DNA of 64,000 nucleotides from Eledone cirrhosa (Eukaryota): NCBI GenBank assembly GCA_964016885.1, contig OZ024747.1, positions 84,878,001 to 84,942,000 of the forward strand, read 5' to 3'. Shown piece by piece: positions 12,900 to 25,826 of this stretch (position 1 is its first letter; each line of letters starts with the position of its first letter). The notes under the pieces were generated by a model. It saw only the letters and a program-made list of their open reading frames with translations, ran no database searches and was not told where the DNA came from. The position numbers and the translations under genes were made by a program.

Positions 12900-15800
12900 A
12901 TAATAATAATAATGATGATTTCTACTATAGGCACAAGGCCAGCAATTTGGGGGGACGGGGAAAGTTGATTAAATCAACCCCAGTATTTTATCCTGGAAGG
13001 ATGAAAGCCAAAGTTAATCTCAACAGGATTTCAACATAACATAGAAAGTTGAAACTAAATATCACAAAGCATTTTGCCTGACACACTACTGATACTACCA
13101 ATCCTGCAGTCAATTAATAATAATAATAATTGTTTCTACTTTTGACACAAGGCCAGCAATTACCCAGTGCATTACTGGTACTTTATTTTATCGACCCCGT
13201 AAGGATGAAAGGCAAAGTTAACCTCTTAATAATAATAATAACAATGATTTTTTATTTAGATACAAGGCCAGCAATTTGAAGGGAGGGGGAAAGTCGATTA
13301 AATCAACCCCAGTGTGTTACTGGTACTTTATTTTATCAGCCCCTTAAGGATGAAAGGTAAACTGAGCCTCAGGGAGATTTGAACTCAGAGCGTAAAGGGC
13401 CGTAACTCTATGCCACTCAGCATGGTGTCTGATGCTCTACTGATACTGCCAATAATGATAATGGTTTCTGATTTAGGTACAAGGCCAGCAATTTCGGGGG
13501 ATAGAAAAAGTCGATTATATTGACCCCAGTGGTACTTTCTTTTATCGGCCACATAAGGATGAAAGGCAAAGCTAACCTCGGCAGGATTTGAGCACAGAAT
13601 GTAAAGGGCAGTAACGTTATGCCGTAAAGCATGTTGTCCAACAATAATAACTGTGAGGAATATCTTAATGAAGATAATAACAGAAGTGAACACATGTTTC
13701 ACCCTTTGCATACATGTATTCCATTTTAAAGAAGTTATAATCAGAATATATTCATAATTAAAACAAAAACCCACCACTATAACAACAACAGTAATGATCA
13801 TATTCATTTCTAATTTAGGCACAAGGCCAGCAAATTTGGGAGAAAGGCAAAGTTGATTAAATCAACCCCAGTACTTTATTATTAGTTTACTTTATTGATC
13901 CCAGAAGGATCAAAAGCAAAGTTGACCTTTGTGGGATTTGAACTCAGAATGTAAAGAGCCAAAATAAATACCACAATGGCATTTTATCTGACACTTTATC
14001 AATTCTGCTCACATTTTTAGGGGCTAATACAATATTATTAATGGAGATTTTAAGGCCACCGCTGTGAAAAGAATGAGATATGAAGTGTAAATACTTTCAA
14101 CTATCTCTCAGGATACAGAAATATCTAAGAGTGAAAAGAATGAAGTATAAAGTGTAACCATTTTTTATTATTTCCCCATACACAGAAATAGTTAAAAGAT
14201 CATAGCTATGGCACTATAGGCATATGGTTAGCATTTACATTACTCTATATTTACTATAATATTTTCACAGTAAAAGCTTTACCTTACATAATTATGTCAA
14301 ATAGTATCGAAGCTATGAGATTTTGATGTTATTTATTTTGAGAACAATACCTTAATATCAGTATGAGTAGCTGGTTACAGCCAGTTTGAACAGAAAGAGG
14401 TTAGAGAATTCTGGCCGGATATGGTTGGTTTAAATGCTAAAGGGTTAAGGAAAGAATCGCAAGACAGATTTTTATGGGCAATGCCAACCAGCAGGGGACC
14501 TAGAGGTAGACCATGAGCAAGATGGTTGGGTGACATCTTTAACCTCAGTTGGTCTTGCATGGAGATCCAGCCAGATCATTTCAATAGGATGCTCTGGAAG
14601 GCGTTTCTTCCCCTACAACTCTCTTAAGAAGACGGAGGAGGCGGTGGAGGAATAGTTGATAATGTTTACAATTCACACTTATTTATTTTCACTGTGAAAG
14701 CTTCTAATTTAAAAGCAGTAGTTTTATCTACTTTAAATTTACCTAAAAAATTTCAAATAATTGTAGTATTCTAGCATAAATATTTATTTAGATAATAATA
14801 ATTTCTAACACAAGAACTAGGTCAGACATTTCTTAGGTGGTAGTGGTGGTGGGATTGAGCAATTGTCAATTGTATCAACCCTAGAATTTAACTGGTACTA
14901 CAGTTTATCAACCCCTGGAAGGATGAAAGGCAATGCTGAGCCCCACATTCGTGAATTCAAATCAGAACATAAATGGCCATAGCTGCACAGCATTTTGTTC
15001 CTGCTCTCTGTTCATTCTGCTACCCACAGTAAGGTATAGCTATCAAATTACAAACTGTGAAAGCATCTATTCCAGTTCCCTATGGTTTTCCCCAAATCCA
15101 TCTCAATAATAATAATAATTTCTACTATAGGCACAAGGCCAGCAATTTGGGGAGAGGGGAAAGTCAATTAAATCAACCCCAGTGCATTACTGGTACTTAC
15201 TAGTAACACACTGAATAATAATGATGATGATTTTTAAATTTGGCACAAGGCCAAAAATTTTGGGAAAGGAAAAGTCAACGAAATTAACCACAGTACTCCA
15301 TTGGTACTGTCAATCATAGAAGGATGAAAGGCAAAGTGGACCTCAACAGGATTCAATCTCAGAACATAAAGAGCTGTAACTAAATTATGATTTCTTTAAT
15401 TATAATTAATAGAATTACCATAAAATTGACAAGGTCATCAAAATTGTGCCCAATTGTAATTGGTACCTTGGGAACCGTAGCAAAGAATTTAAAAGTAAAC
15501 CTTGGAGAGGTAGGCATGAATCTGGGAGTGGATGGGGTGCAAAAGAAGTCGTAAAATTGGATCAGCAAGAATTATCAGAAAGTTTTTGAGAAAAAACAAA
15601 TGAGTTGTGGTCTGATAAGAAAGTGTACTTAAACTGACCACAACATCAATATCATGTAAGAGCAATAATATACTCTCTAATAAAGGCACAAGGCCAGTAA
15701 TTTGTGGGAAGGGAAAGTCTGTTATATCGATCCCAGTATTACTTAACTGGTACTTTATTTTATCGACACCCAGGATTATGAAAGGCAAAGTGGACCTCGG

Positions 15801-16450
15801 CAGGATTTAATATCAGAACAGAAAAAGCTGGAACAAATACTGCAAAACATTTTGTCCAACTCACTAACAATTTCGCTGACTCGCCACATTTCAGTAATAA
15901 TAATCATAATAATAATAATAATCATAATAATGCTTTCTTATATAGGCACAAAGCCAGCAATTTGGGGAGAGGGGAAAGTCGATTAAATCGACCCCAGTAC
16001 GTTACTGGTGCTTTATTTTATCAACTCCATAAGGATAAAAGGCAAAGCTAACCTTGGTGGGATTTGAACTCAGATCATAAAGGGCCGTAACTCTATGCTG
16101 CAAAGCATGGCGTCCAACCCTCTACCGATACTTCCAATCCACCGCCCTCAATAATAATAATAATGATAATAATAATAATCATAATAATAACAACAACAAT
16201 ATAACAATAATTGTTTCTACTTTAGGCACAAGGCCAGCAATTACCCAGTGCATTACTGGTACTTTATTTTATCGACCCCGTAAGGATGAAAGGCAAAGTC
16301 AACCTCGGCGGGATTTGAACTCAGATCGTAAAGGGACATAACTATGCTGGAAAGCATGGCGTCCGACCCTCTACTGATACTGCCAATCCACCGCCCTTAC
16401 AATATAACAATAATGATAATAATATTGATAATAATAATAATAATGATGAT
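12900..16450 (-). repeat. Cluster of about 10 same-orientation SINE copies separated by (AAT)n
   Basis: Repeated ggcacaaggccagcaa...ggatgaaaggcaaag units, each preceded by AAT repeats. Confidence 0.8.
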
Positions 16451-16570
16451 TATTTAGAGTAAATAAATATAAAATTAGTTTATTTGTTTTTTCACCATTG
16501 GTAGGCATGCAATGCAACACAAGTTCCAAGTCTTTTGAGTTTGGGGTGTTTTATTTTGTTTCTTTCCCTT

Positions 16571-16732
16571 TTACACAGAATGAGACACTTGCTGACATTG
16601 GTACGACTCAGATATATTAGCATGTGGTTTTTCGCAAACATGATTGGCTGGACATCGACATAAGAAATGTATTGACCTTGAATCAGTTTTCTTACTGCAG
16701 ACATGGTCAACATCTGTTGTGTTACATACAGG
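16571..16732 (-). CDS. Argos-like gene last exon (domain 3)
   Basis: Acceptor tttttcag; frame of ORF 16571..16798; TAA stop. Confidence 0.82.
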   Translation of the reverse strand, partial: PVCNTTDVDHVCSKKTDSRSIHFLCRCPANHVCEKPHANISESYQCQQVSHSV

Positions 16733-19700
16733 CTGAAAAATAAACAAAGAAAAAAAAATGTCAATAAAAATATTAAAGATTAGTGAAAAGGAGAACATTT
16801 ATATTGAACTAATGAGGAATCTACAGACACTCCACCCTGACTATACCTTCAGATTTATACCTGTGATAACTGGAGCTTGAGGATATGTTACTAACTACGT
16901 CAGTACAAATCTTGAGAAGCTAGGCTTCACAGAACCAGAAAGAACATGACTAGTTAGGAAATTACAAGTACAAGCCATTAATGGAACAGTAAAAATATGT
17001 AAAACATTCCCAAAGTTTTGCATCTAATAACTGCATGTACACATGTACAGATACAAAGCGTATACACATGCACACATACAACTCAAAACATACACATCCA
17101 CACATACAATAACGCCCGTACCTGCACACAAATGCATGCATACAGACATCAGACATATCTACCTAGTTGATGTGTAAATTCCAATGAGAGAGTCTTGTAA
17201 CTATGTTAGAAATCGACTCTCTCTCTATTGGCAAAGATTTGTGAAATTATAAAACCAGAATAACATACATACACACACACACACACACACATAGATACAT
17301 ACATACACACACATTCATTCATAGAAACATACATGCATAGATACATATATACAGGCATGCATATATGAAATATACATATATACATACATACAAATGCACC
17401 TTAAATACTTGTTTTAAGCTTGTAAAATAAGTGATCTAAAAATATATGCAATTGTGTTATTAGTAAGAGAAGGAAAAGACAAAGAAAGTTTGAAAGCTCA
17501 CCATAGAACATGTATAAACCTCGATCTTCCTGAAACCTATACTCTTAATAGTTGACAAATGTAATCGGTCATTTGTTGGACAACGACAAAACACATCCTC
17601 CACAGTGGATGGAAGCATTGTAGATCCTTTAAAAGACATTGCTTCTTGTCCTTCTTCACAGATTTTCGATGTTTTGTTGTACAAAGGTTCGCAGAAGTAT
17701 ATAGTGAAATGTGGACAAGGTTCACTCGCTGAAAAAGTGTTAAAATGTCGAATAAACAGAAATGTAAAACAAATGGATACAGGATGATTGACTCATTAAT
17801 TAACTCTTTTGGTACCAACCTGCCCCAAATCTTCTCTAGTTTGATGAAATAAAACCAACTATTTTACAGGCTTCCTATTTAAATTAAAATCTTCCAACAT
17901 AAGAAACTTTTTTGTTAAATTATTTTACAAATAGTATCTTAATATTGAAATAATTATTTTAGTTAACTCCTCAAAATTCTTCACTAATTTATTGAAATAT
18001 GTTGAGAACTTCACATATCTTGGTAATGAAATCAATTCAATTGAAAACAATATGAAAATCAGAATAGCTAATGCATGGACTGCTCATAACAAGATGAATA
18101 TAATCTGAAAATCTGATCTTTCAGACAACCTAAAATGCAGCTTCTTCCGTGCCACTGTAGAATCAGTCTTGATGTATGGTGCCATTGCTTGGACACTGAC
18201 CAAACAACTAGAATCCAAGCTTGATACATGGATGCTGAGGGCTGTACTTAATATCTGATAGACACAGCATCCTACTAAAGAACTGCTCTATAGTCCCATC
18301 CCTGATATATCTGCAATATTGTGGGAACAAAGAATGCAATTTTGCTTTGGCACCTAGCTATGGTCAGAGGGAGGTTGGCCGACTGGCTTTAACTTACATC
18401 GACCAACTATATAGAGACACAGGATGCTCCCTTAATGTTACACTGATAACATGAAGGGTACACGTGTCTGTGGAATGTCCAGCCACTTACTAGACCACAC
18501 TATGGTGACGTGTTAGGTATATGTTGACACAGATCTCTCATCTCTTAATTTGCATGGGATGTCCCATCAGCACCTCCAATTTGTGCAGTAGTAACTCTTG
18601 AGTCAGTACATACAACAATAATGAGAGGGGACAATCATGGTGAACCAATAGATGACCGTTTACTCTGACCACAGAACAGATGTCACTGTGCATTGCAGTA
18701 ATCTATCTCTTGAAACTGGCTGCTTTGAGTACTGCCACCTAGTAGCGATGGTTGACCCACCTAATAACTGTTTCTACTTTTGACACAAGGCCAGCAATTA
18801 CCCAGTACATTACTGGTACTTTATTTTATCGCCCTCGTAAGGATGAAAGGCAAAGTTAACCTCGGTGGGATTTGAACTCAGTCCGTAAAGGGACGTAACT
18901 CTATGCTGGAAAGCATGGCATCCGACCCTAATAACAATGGTTGATCCTATCGAAAGCTTTTGATTAATCCTTGTTAACCCCAAGTTTCACTTGAATGGGA
19001 ATTCAGAGTAGAAAGAGAAGTGTTGCCTTCCATTTTATTGAAAGATGGATGAGAGAAGAGAATTTTCTTAGTTTTAATTTTAATGTTCTCTCTTTGTTTT
19101 CTTTTATTTTTACATTCTCCCCCCCACTCCACAGTATTTCCTATGTTGTCCTGAATATTTTACCTCTTCGGGGTCTATATAGAAACCATTATCTTCTAAA
19201 GGGGGAATGGTATAGTCGTTTGAGTGTTGGACAAAATTATATATTACTATTTGGCAGTATCGGTTGAGGGTCGGACGCCATGCTTTGCAGCATAGAGTTA
19301 CGGCCCTTTATAATCTGAGTTCAAATCCCGCCGAGGTTAACTTTGCCTTTTATCCTTACGGGGTAGACAAAATAAAGTACCAGTTACGCATTGGGTCGAT
19401 TTAATCGAATTTCACCTCTACCTTGTGCCTATATAAGAAACCACTATTATTATTACGGGGTCGATAAAATAAAGTACCAGTAATTGCTGGCTTTGTGCTA
19501 AAAATAGAAACAACTATTATTATTTAAAGAGTCCCGCCGAGGTTGACTTTGCCTTTCATCCTTACGGGGTCGATAAAATAAAGTACCAGTAATGCACTGG
19601 GTAATTGCTGGCCTTGTGCCTAAAGTAGAAACAATTATTGAAAGAGTTACGCCCCTTTATGGTCTGAGTTCAAATCCCGCCGAGGTTAATTTTGCCTTTC

Positions 19701-19905
19701 ATCCTTATGGGGTCGATAAAATAACGTACCAGTAATACACTGGGATAATTGACGTACATGTACGTCAATACTCATCTTTTTCCATTTATCTGGGGGTTCT
19801 GAACCCAATTATCGGGCTAAAGTTTCTTTAGTAAAAAAAATGCGGTGAAGGCTGTTCTATTTTCTAATTTCAAACCTGCTCACTGTTTCAAAACATACTT
19901 ACTTG

Positions 19906-19967
<62 letters not shown>

Positions 19968-20598
19968 CAAGTAAGTATGTTTTGAAACAGTGAGCAGGTT
20001 TGAAATTAGAATATATATATATATGCAATGAAATATCTATGATCTTCGGCAAATCACTGATGAGGGACTCATTTTATTACATGTTATCCATGTGCTACCT
20101 GCAGTATTTTTCTCTATATTTTATTACATATATTTACCACTGCGATTCTGTGTTTTTTTCTCTCTCTCTTACTGTTCCCCCATTCTCTCTGTTTCTCCCC
20201 CTCTGTCATGTCAGTTAACTCTTCCTCACACTTTCACTCACTCACTGTTTCTCTCTCTTCTCTTCATTTCATCCTGTACACCCACGAGGGCTATTTTTCT
20301 CTCTCCGCTCATAGCCTTCGCTCGTGTCGGGTCTGTTCTAAAAGCGCTCATATATTCACCTAGCTTATGCTAACAGAATAATTTTTGAACCTTGTTTCTT
20401 TCCCCTGGTTAGCCTTACTCTGTTGTTCTCCTGTCTCACTCGCTTTACGCGTTTTAATTGTCCTAATAACTTATTTTGGTTATTATTGCACCGACGTGAG
20501 GTATATGATTTTTAATGCAATGAAATATCTATGATCTTCGGCAAATCACTGATGAGGGACTCATTTTATTACATGTTATCCATGTGCTACCTGCAGTA

Positions 20599-20685
<87 letters not shown>

Positions 20686-20862
20686 ATACTTTGGGAGGGT
20701 CATGTTGCCAATAAGAAACACACGCACCAGTTGCTTTCACTTCAATTTATTATATATTTATAAATTTATAAATTTACAAATCTACAAACTTATAAATTTC
20801 TGGTTGGTTGGTTGGTTCCACAACGATTTCAGATAAAGAATCTTGCTAAACAAATTCAGAAA

Positions 20863-20914
<52 letters not shown>

Positions 20915-21068
20915 ACAACAAAATATGAGACTTACTTCTCATGCCAATGTACCTAGTGACTGTGTTGGAGGAAGGACAGCTGCTATCATTCGGACATCTA
21001 CAAACGTCTAGTTGTGACTTTGTTTTACAAGCGGCTCTCTTAGCACAGTTTCGAATGTCGTCAGACCC
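16571..21068 (-). CDS. Cysteine-rich, probably secreted Argos/giant-lens- or scoloptoxin-11-like protein; last three coding exons (173 aa), 5' exon(s) not resolved
   Basis: Exons 21068-20936, 17728-17502 and 16732-16571 join in frame through GT-AG introns (phases 1 and 0): GSDDIRNCAKRAACKTKSQLDVCRCPNDSSCP...FCEP / KICEEGQEAM...VFCRCP...YTCSM / PVCNTTDVDHVC...FLCRCPANHVC...YQCQQVSHSV*. Three CRCP modules with 7+4+6 Cys (Argos has 6+4+6), four N-glycosylation sequons, and AATAAA signals just downstream of the stop. Confidence 0.75.
16778..17263 (+). mobile_element. 3' fragment of the same R4/Dong family
   Basis: Aligns by eye with about 26850-27340; ends in (CATA)/(CA)n; antisense within the Argos-like intron. 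Confidence 0.8.
17502..17728 (-). CDS. Argos-like gene exon (end of domain 1 and domain 2)
   Basis: Acceptor tttttcag, donor ATG|gtgagc; frame of ORF 17460..17684. Confidence 0.82.
18000..18450 (+). mobile_element. RTE-clade LINE fragment
   Basis: ENFTYLG...IRIANAW...FFRATVESVLMYGAIAWTLT...MLRAVLNI, with stops. Confidence 0.8.
19748..20011. mobile_element. Tail-to-tail element ends around a (TA)n tract
   Basis: Perfect 47-bp inverted arms 19862-19908 and 19965-20011 flank (TA)n; diverged copy at about 43624-43775 (minus), also abutting TA-rich sequence. Confidence 0.65.
20024..20607 (+). repeat. Non-coding unit with about 92-bp identical direct terminal repeats (period 492 bp) between microsatellites
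   Basis: 20024-20115 equals 20516-20607; CT-rich interior. Confidence 0.7.
20680..20826 (+). repeat. (TA)n-embedded dispersed repeat; second copy at 53771-53916 (minus)
   Basis: About 145 bp nearly identical at both sites, each beginning at a (TA)n tract. Confidence 0.75.
20936..21068 (-). CDS. Argos-like gene exon (domain 1)
   Basis: Acceptor attacag, donor A|gtaagt; encodes C-x5-C...CRCP...CP. Confidence 0.8.
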
Positions 21069-21831
21069 CTGTAATCAAACAATAATACACAAATTTAGGA
21101 ATAAACAAACAAACATGTAATAAGAAAAGAAAATCAGATTCATTTTAGGGAGCAAGAGTAATTTCTAATCGAGGCACAAAGCCAGCATATTTGAATAAAG
21201 GCCAAAGTTCATTAAATCAATCCCATTATTTGACTGGTACTTTACCAGATCTACCAGCCTCTAAAAACCCAAACGGGGCCATGGAGAAATGAGACAAAAT
21301 GGGGAGATTTTACATAATGAAAGCTATACCCATTTTCATAAGAGAAGACATCTCTAACCCACCCCAAAGTGGATGGAAGATCTCCCAGTCGGGTGGAGTG
21401 AGTTGACAGGTCTGCTTTACGATATCAACCCCAGAAAGATGAAAGGCAAAGTTAATTGTGGGGGGGATTTGAACTCAGAATGTAAAAACCCAGAACAAAT
21501 ACTGTAATGTCATTTTATCCGAAGCTCTAACACTTCTGTCAAGCCGCCATCTTCATTTAACAGAGCAAGGTTGCAATAAGAAGAAAAGAAAAAAATATGT
21601 ATTGGTTAAAGATAGCAGATGTATTGAACATAGATAATAGATTGCTAAATATAAATATATTGGCTATAGATAACAAACGTACTTGCCATGGATGACAGAT
21701 GCATTAATGACAATTGTAATGAGCGAAGTTAACTGGTGTATTGTCTAGGGATAACTGATATGGTGCCTAAGGATAGCAAATGTTTTGATTACAGTTGACA
21801 GATTATATCAGATTACTAAAGATAACAGATG

Positions 21832-22150
21832 TGTAGCGGTTGTCTCCCTTGTTTGGATTAACATCTAGACGGGAAGTAGAACCCTTTCCGTAGCTTCCGG
21901 CAGAGCCCTATAAAACGAATAGCTCTCGGTTCTCTGCCTCTCATTTGCCTTCCGGTGCCTGGCCTTAGCCAGGCGTCTTCTGCCAGCCGCGTTTGCCTGG
22001 CAATCAAAACGGTAACGACTAACTTTGTTTCATTCTATCATCTATTTCTTTGACATGTCAACTATACTATCTACCATTGTTAATTAAATATTATACACAC
22101 AAACCATGCCTCGTTTTGTTACATTCATACAACCCAGTATCCCCGCTATA
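21832..22150 (+). mobile_element. Solo LTR (Gypsy-like, 319 bp)
   Basis: Ends TGTAGCGG...CCGCTATA (TG..CA with one change), 4-bp TSD GATG (21828-31 and 22151-54), internal TATAAAA and ATTAAA; interrupts a minisatellite. Confidence 0.75.
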
Positions 22151-22532
22151 GATGTATTGACTAGAGATAATAGATTTCTAAAGATAACAGAGGTATTGAC
22201 TACAGATAACAGATTCCTAAAGATAACAGATGTATTGACTACAGATAACAGATTCCTAAAGATTACTAAAGATAACAGATGTATTGACGACAGATAATAT
22301 TACTAAAGATAGCAGATATATTGACTATAGATAACAAGTAATTAAAGATTATAAATGTATTGATTATATATAGTAATAATTTGAACGAAAGATAACAGAT
22401 ATATTGTACTAAAGAAAATAGAGGTATGGACTAAAACATTGATACCTGGATAGAATATAAATATACCACCTGTACGGACAAAAGATATATTACCTATACG
22501 GACGAAGGATATATTATCTGTACAGTCTAGGG

Positions 22533-22718
22533 CAGGATTTCCCTAACTTTTTCAAACGCGGAACCCTTTTTGGTTCAGGAACTTTTGGGGGAACCCCTAA
22601 AGTCTAATACTGTTATATGGTTGTAATATATATATACTCCTCTACCTTTTTGCACGGAACCCCAGACACCCTTTTGCAGAAACCATGGGTTCCACGGAAC
22701 CCACTTTGGGAACCACTG
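22533..22718. mobile_element. hAT-Charlie-type MITE
   Basis: 8-bp TSD GTCTAGGG on both sides; terminal inverted repeats CAGGATTTCCCTAA / TTTGGGAACCACTG; internal cggaaccc repeats. Confidence 0.85.
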
Positions 22719-24520
22719 GTCTAGGGATATATTACCTGTATTGACTATAAATATATCACCTGTATGGACTAAGGGTATATATACTAGCTAAGAATATATA
22801 CTAGCTAAGAATAACCGATATGAACTAATAAGAGAAGGGTTGATTAATAATTGTTTCTACTTTTGGTACAAGGCCAGCAATTACCCAGTGCATTACTGGT
22901 ACTTTATTTTATCGACCCCGTAAGAATGAAAGGCAAAGTTAACCTCGGCGGGATTTGAACTCAGACCGTAAAGGGACGTAACTATGCTGGAAAGCATGGC
23001 GTCCGACTCTCTACCGATACTGCCAATCCAATGATCTGATGACAGAGATCGACTACAAATAACTAATATATCGACATCTCATAACAGATTTCTGATGACT
23101 GATCGAACGATTAAGGAAAAATCAATAAATGTTTAGAGCTATTCCCCAAATCTTCAAGTGTTTTGTTACTAATATGGTAGTTCTTGAAAGATAAACATCT
23201 ATTAAAATGTAACTCCGTCGGTTTCGACGATGTGTGCTCCGATTTTTCGATCAACGGAACAGACTGCATATGAAATTAACGTTCAAGTGCCTGAGCATTC
23301 CACAGACACGTGTACCCGTAACGTAGTTCTCTGAGAGAAACAGCACCACACAGTGTGTGACAGGGATGGCTCTTTGAATTTCAAGATTATTCCATCTTGT
23401 TTTATAGTGTAAGTGACTGGCTACTCCACAAACGCGTGTATCCTTAACGTAGTTCTCAGCGAATCAGCGTGACCCAGTGTATAACAGGACTGGCCTTCTG
23501 AATTACAGGTGCAGTCCATCCAAGGGGCTTCTAAACAATTTCCCTCAACTGAGTTTCAATCTGAAAGTTTGGGTCGCCCCATGGATATGGTAGATGACCC
23601 CTGCTCAAGATGCCACTTAATGGTATCTACCAGGGACCTAAGGACTACGATGCCAACTAATTCACGATTTCTAAGACCAACAATTTTGGAAGGAAAACGA
23701 ACGTAGATTATATCGGCCCATTCTATATCGACCTCTGGAGGATGAAACAAAATTGACCACTGTGGTATTTGATCAAAAAAGAAGCACGAATTCTGATGAA
23801 TTATTGAATATCGATGAAAACATTGGTCGGTTCGATTTTCACCTCATGCTATCCAAATGTTCCCCGGGCACCTATTTTTCACTATAAAACTAAATATGGA
23901 TGTTGAGTGAGTATATTCATAATATGTAAGTATGTAACCCATAAATTCTGGTGGAATCATAATGGCGCCGTCGCACTTTAAATATGGTAGAGCCCGTCAC
24001 CTCTCAAGAGAAGGAGAGAGTGTAAGAAAGAGGTATAAAGGAAAATCGATCCCAGTACTGGGCTGCTACTTTTATTTTTATCGATCTCTAAAGTAGATCT
24101 TCTACCGATACTGCCAACCCACCGCCCTTGGGTTGATTAATAATTGTTTCTACTTTAGGTACAAGGCCAGCAATTACCCAGTGCATTACTGGTACTTTAT
24201 TTTATCGACCCCGTAAGGATGAAAGGCAAAGTTAACCTCGGCGGGATTTGAACTCAGAACGTAAAGGGGCGTAACTATGCTGGAAAGCATGTCCGACCCT
24301 CTACCGATACTGCCAATAATAATGATCTGATGACAGAGATCGACTACAAATAACTAATATATCGACATCTCATAACAGATTTCTAATGACTGATCGAACG
24401 ATTAACCTCGGCGGGATTTGAACTCAGATAGTTCAGAGAGCCAGAACGTGTACCACAAATCACTGCATCCAACATTTCTAACGACTCTACCAAGTCATCA
24501 CCTCTACAATGTATTATATA

Positions 24521-24824
24521 GAGGATTAGATTTAGACTGTGTGGGGCCCGGGGTACTTCAGATTGGGGGGGGGGGGGCATACACAAACAAATTAGAATAT
24601 AAAGCAAATCCCCCGATTTTACATATCAAAGTTAGTTTGGAGCAAGTAATTGAAATAGAAAAGTTATACATACAGGTATTAAATTTAAAATTTCTAACCA
24701 TCCTAAAACTAAAAAGCCCAGCCGAGGGCACAAATAAATTGTTACGGACGTCGCTGGTGCCCCTCACTCACTGCAGGGGCCCCGGGGCAATTGCCTCATT
24801 TGCCCACCATTAAATTCACCCCTG
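24521..24824. mobile_element. hAT (Tip100-like) MITE
   Basis: 8-bp TSD ATTATATA; degenerate terminal inverted repeats; subterminal ggggcccgggg motifs. Confidence 0.7.
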
Positions 24825-25114
24825 ATTATATAATCTGCAAAGTTGCTTAAATCGACCAACAGAGATTTTGTTCATTGATGTGTCCTATCTTCCGCAACAT
24901 TATGCAATACACACATACACACGCGCGCGAGCACACGCACACACACAACACACATAGACACACAACACACACGCACATACACAACCCACAAACACATAGA
25001 CACACAACACACACGCACATACACAACCCACAAACACATACACACACAGACACACACACGCACACCGAGACACTCCGACACACACATCGACACACACACA
25101 CCGACACACACACC

Positions 25115-25178
<64 letters not shown>

Positions 25179-25748
25179 AGGTAGAAGCATTAGCGGCAAC
25201 ACGGATAACACATAAGAAACTATGATTACATCCGCAAAGGTTATATACAATATTTATTCTGTGCTTGCACATAATGAAGATGAATAGTTATTAGGAATAG
25301 TGCAATGAAGCGAACGAATCCTCCAGCTATTTCTAAGCAATTATGTTGATATTATTGGAAACATGGGTTACACATCCATCTCATGTTTAATTTTTGATAT
25401 CAATATGCACCCTTATGAATATGTATATCCATGGACGATATATTTCTAATCTGATGCTTCTGGCTAGGTGGGAGGTTGGCTACATTTAATGTTGCAAATG
25501 GTTTCTATCTCATAACACCTCGCTTACATAAACTCTTATTTGATGGATGTAGACATACACACACACACACACACACATAGACACATACACATACGTACGC
25601 ACAAATATATATACATTTTTGCTTATTCTCCCTTTCTTAATTCTCTTTCATTCATCATTTACTCATTCATCATGCATGCATAAATACATACATACATACA
25701 TACATACATACATACATACATGCATGCATGCATACATACATACATGCA

Positions 25749-25781
<33 letters not shown>

Positions 25782-25826
25782 GCATACATACATACATACA
25801 TACATATATGCATATATACATTCATT

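Noticed and set aside
16492-16764. 90-aa minus-strand ORF
   Set aside because: It is an alternative frame over the real exon; splice phase and the Cys pattern support the 16571-16732 frame.
23030-23105. CTGATGA motifs as a hammerhead or C/D snoRNA
   Set aside because: No correctly placed GAAA, helices or terminal stem.
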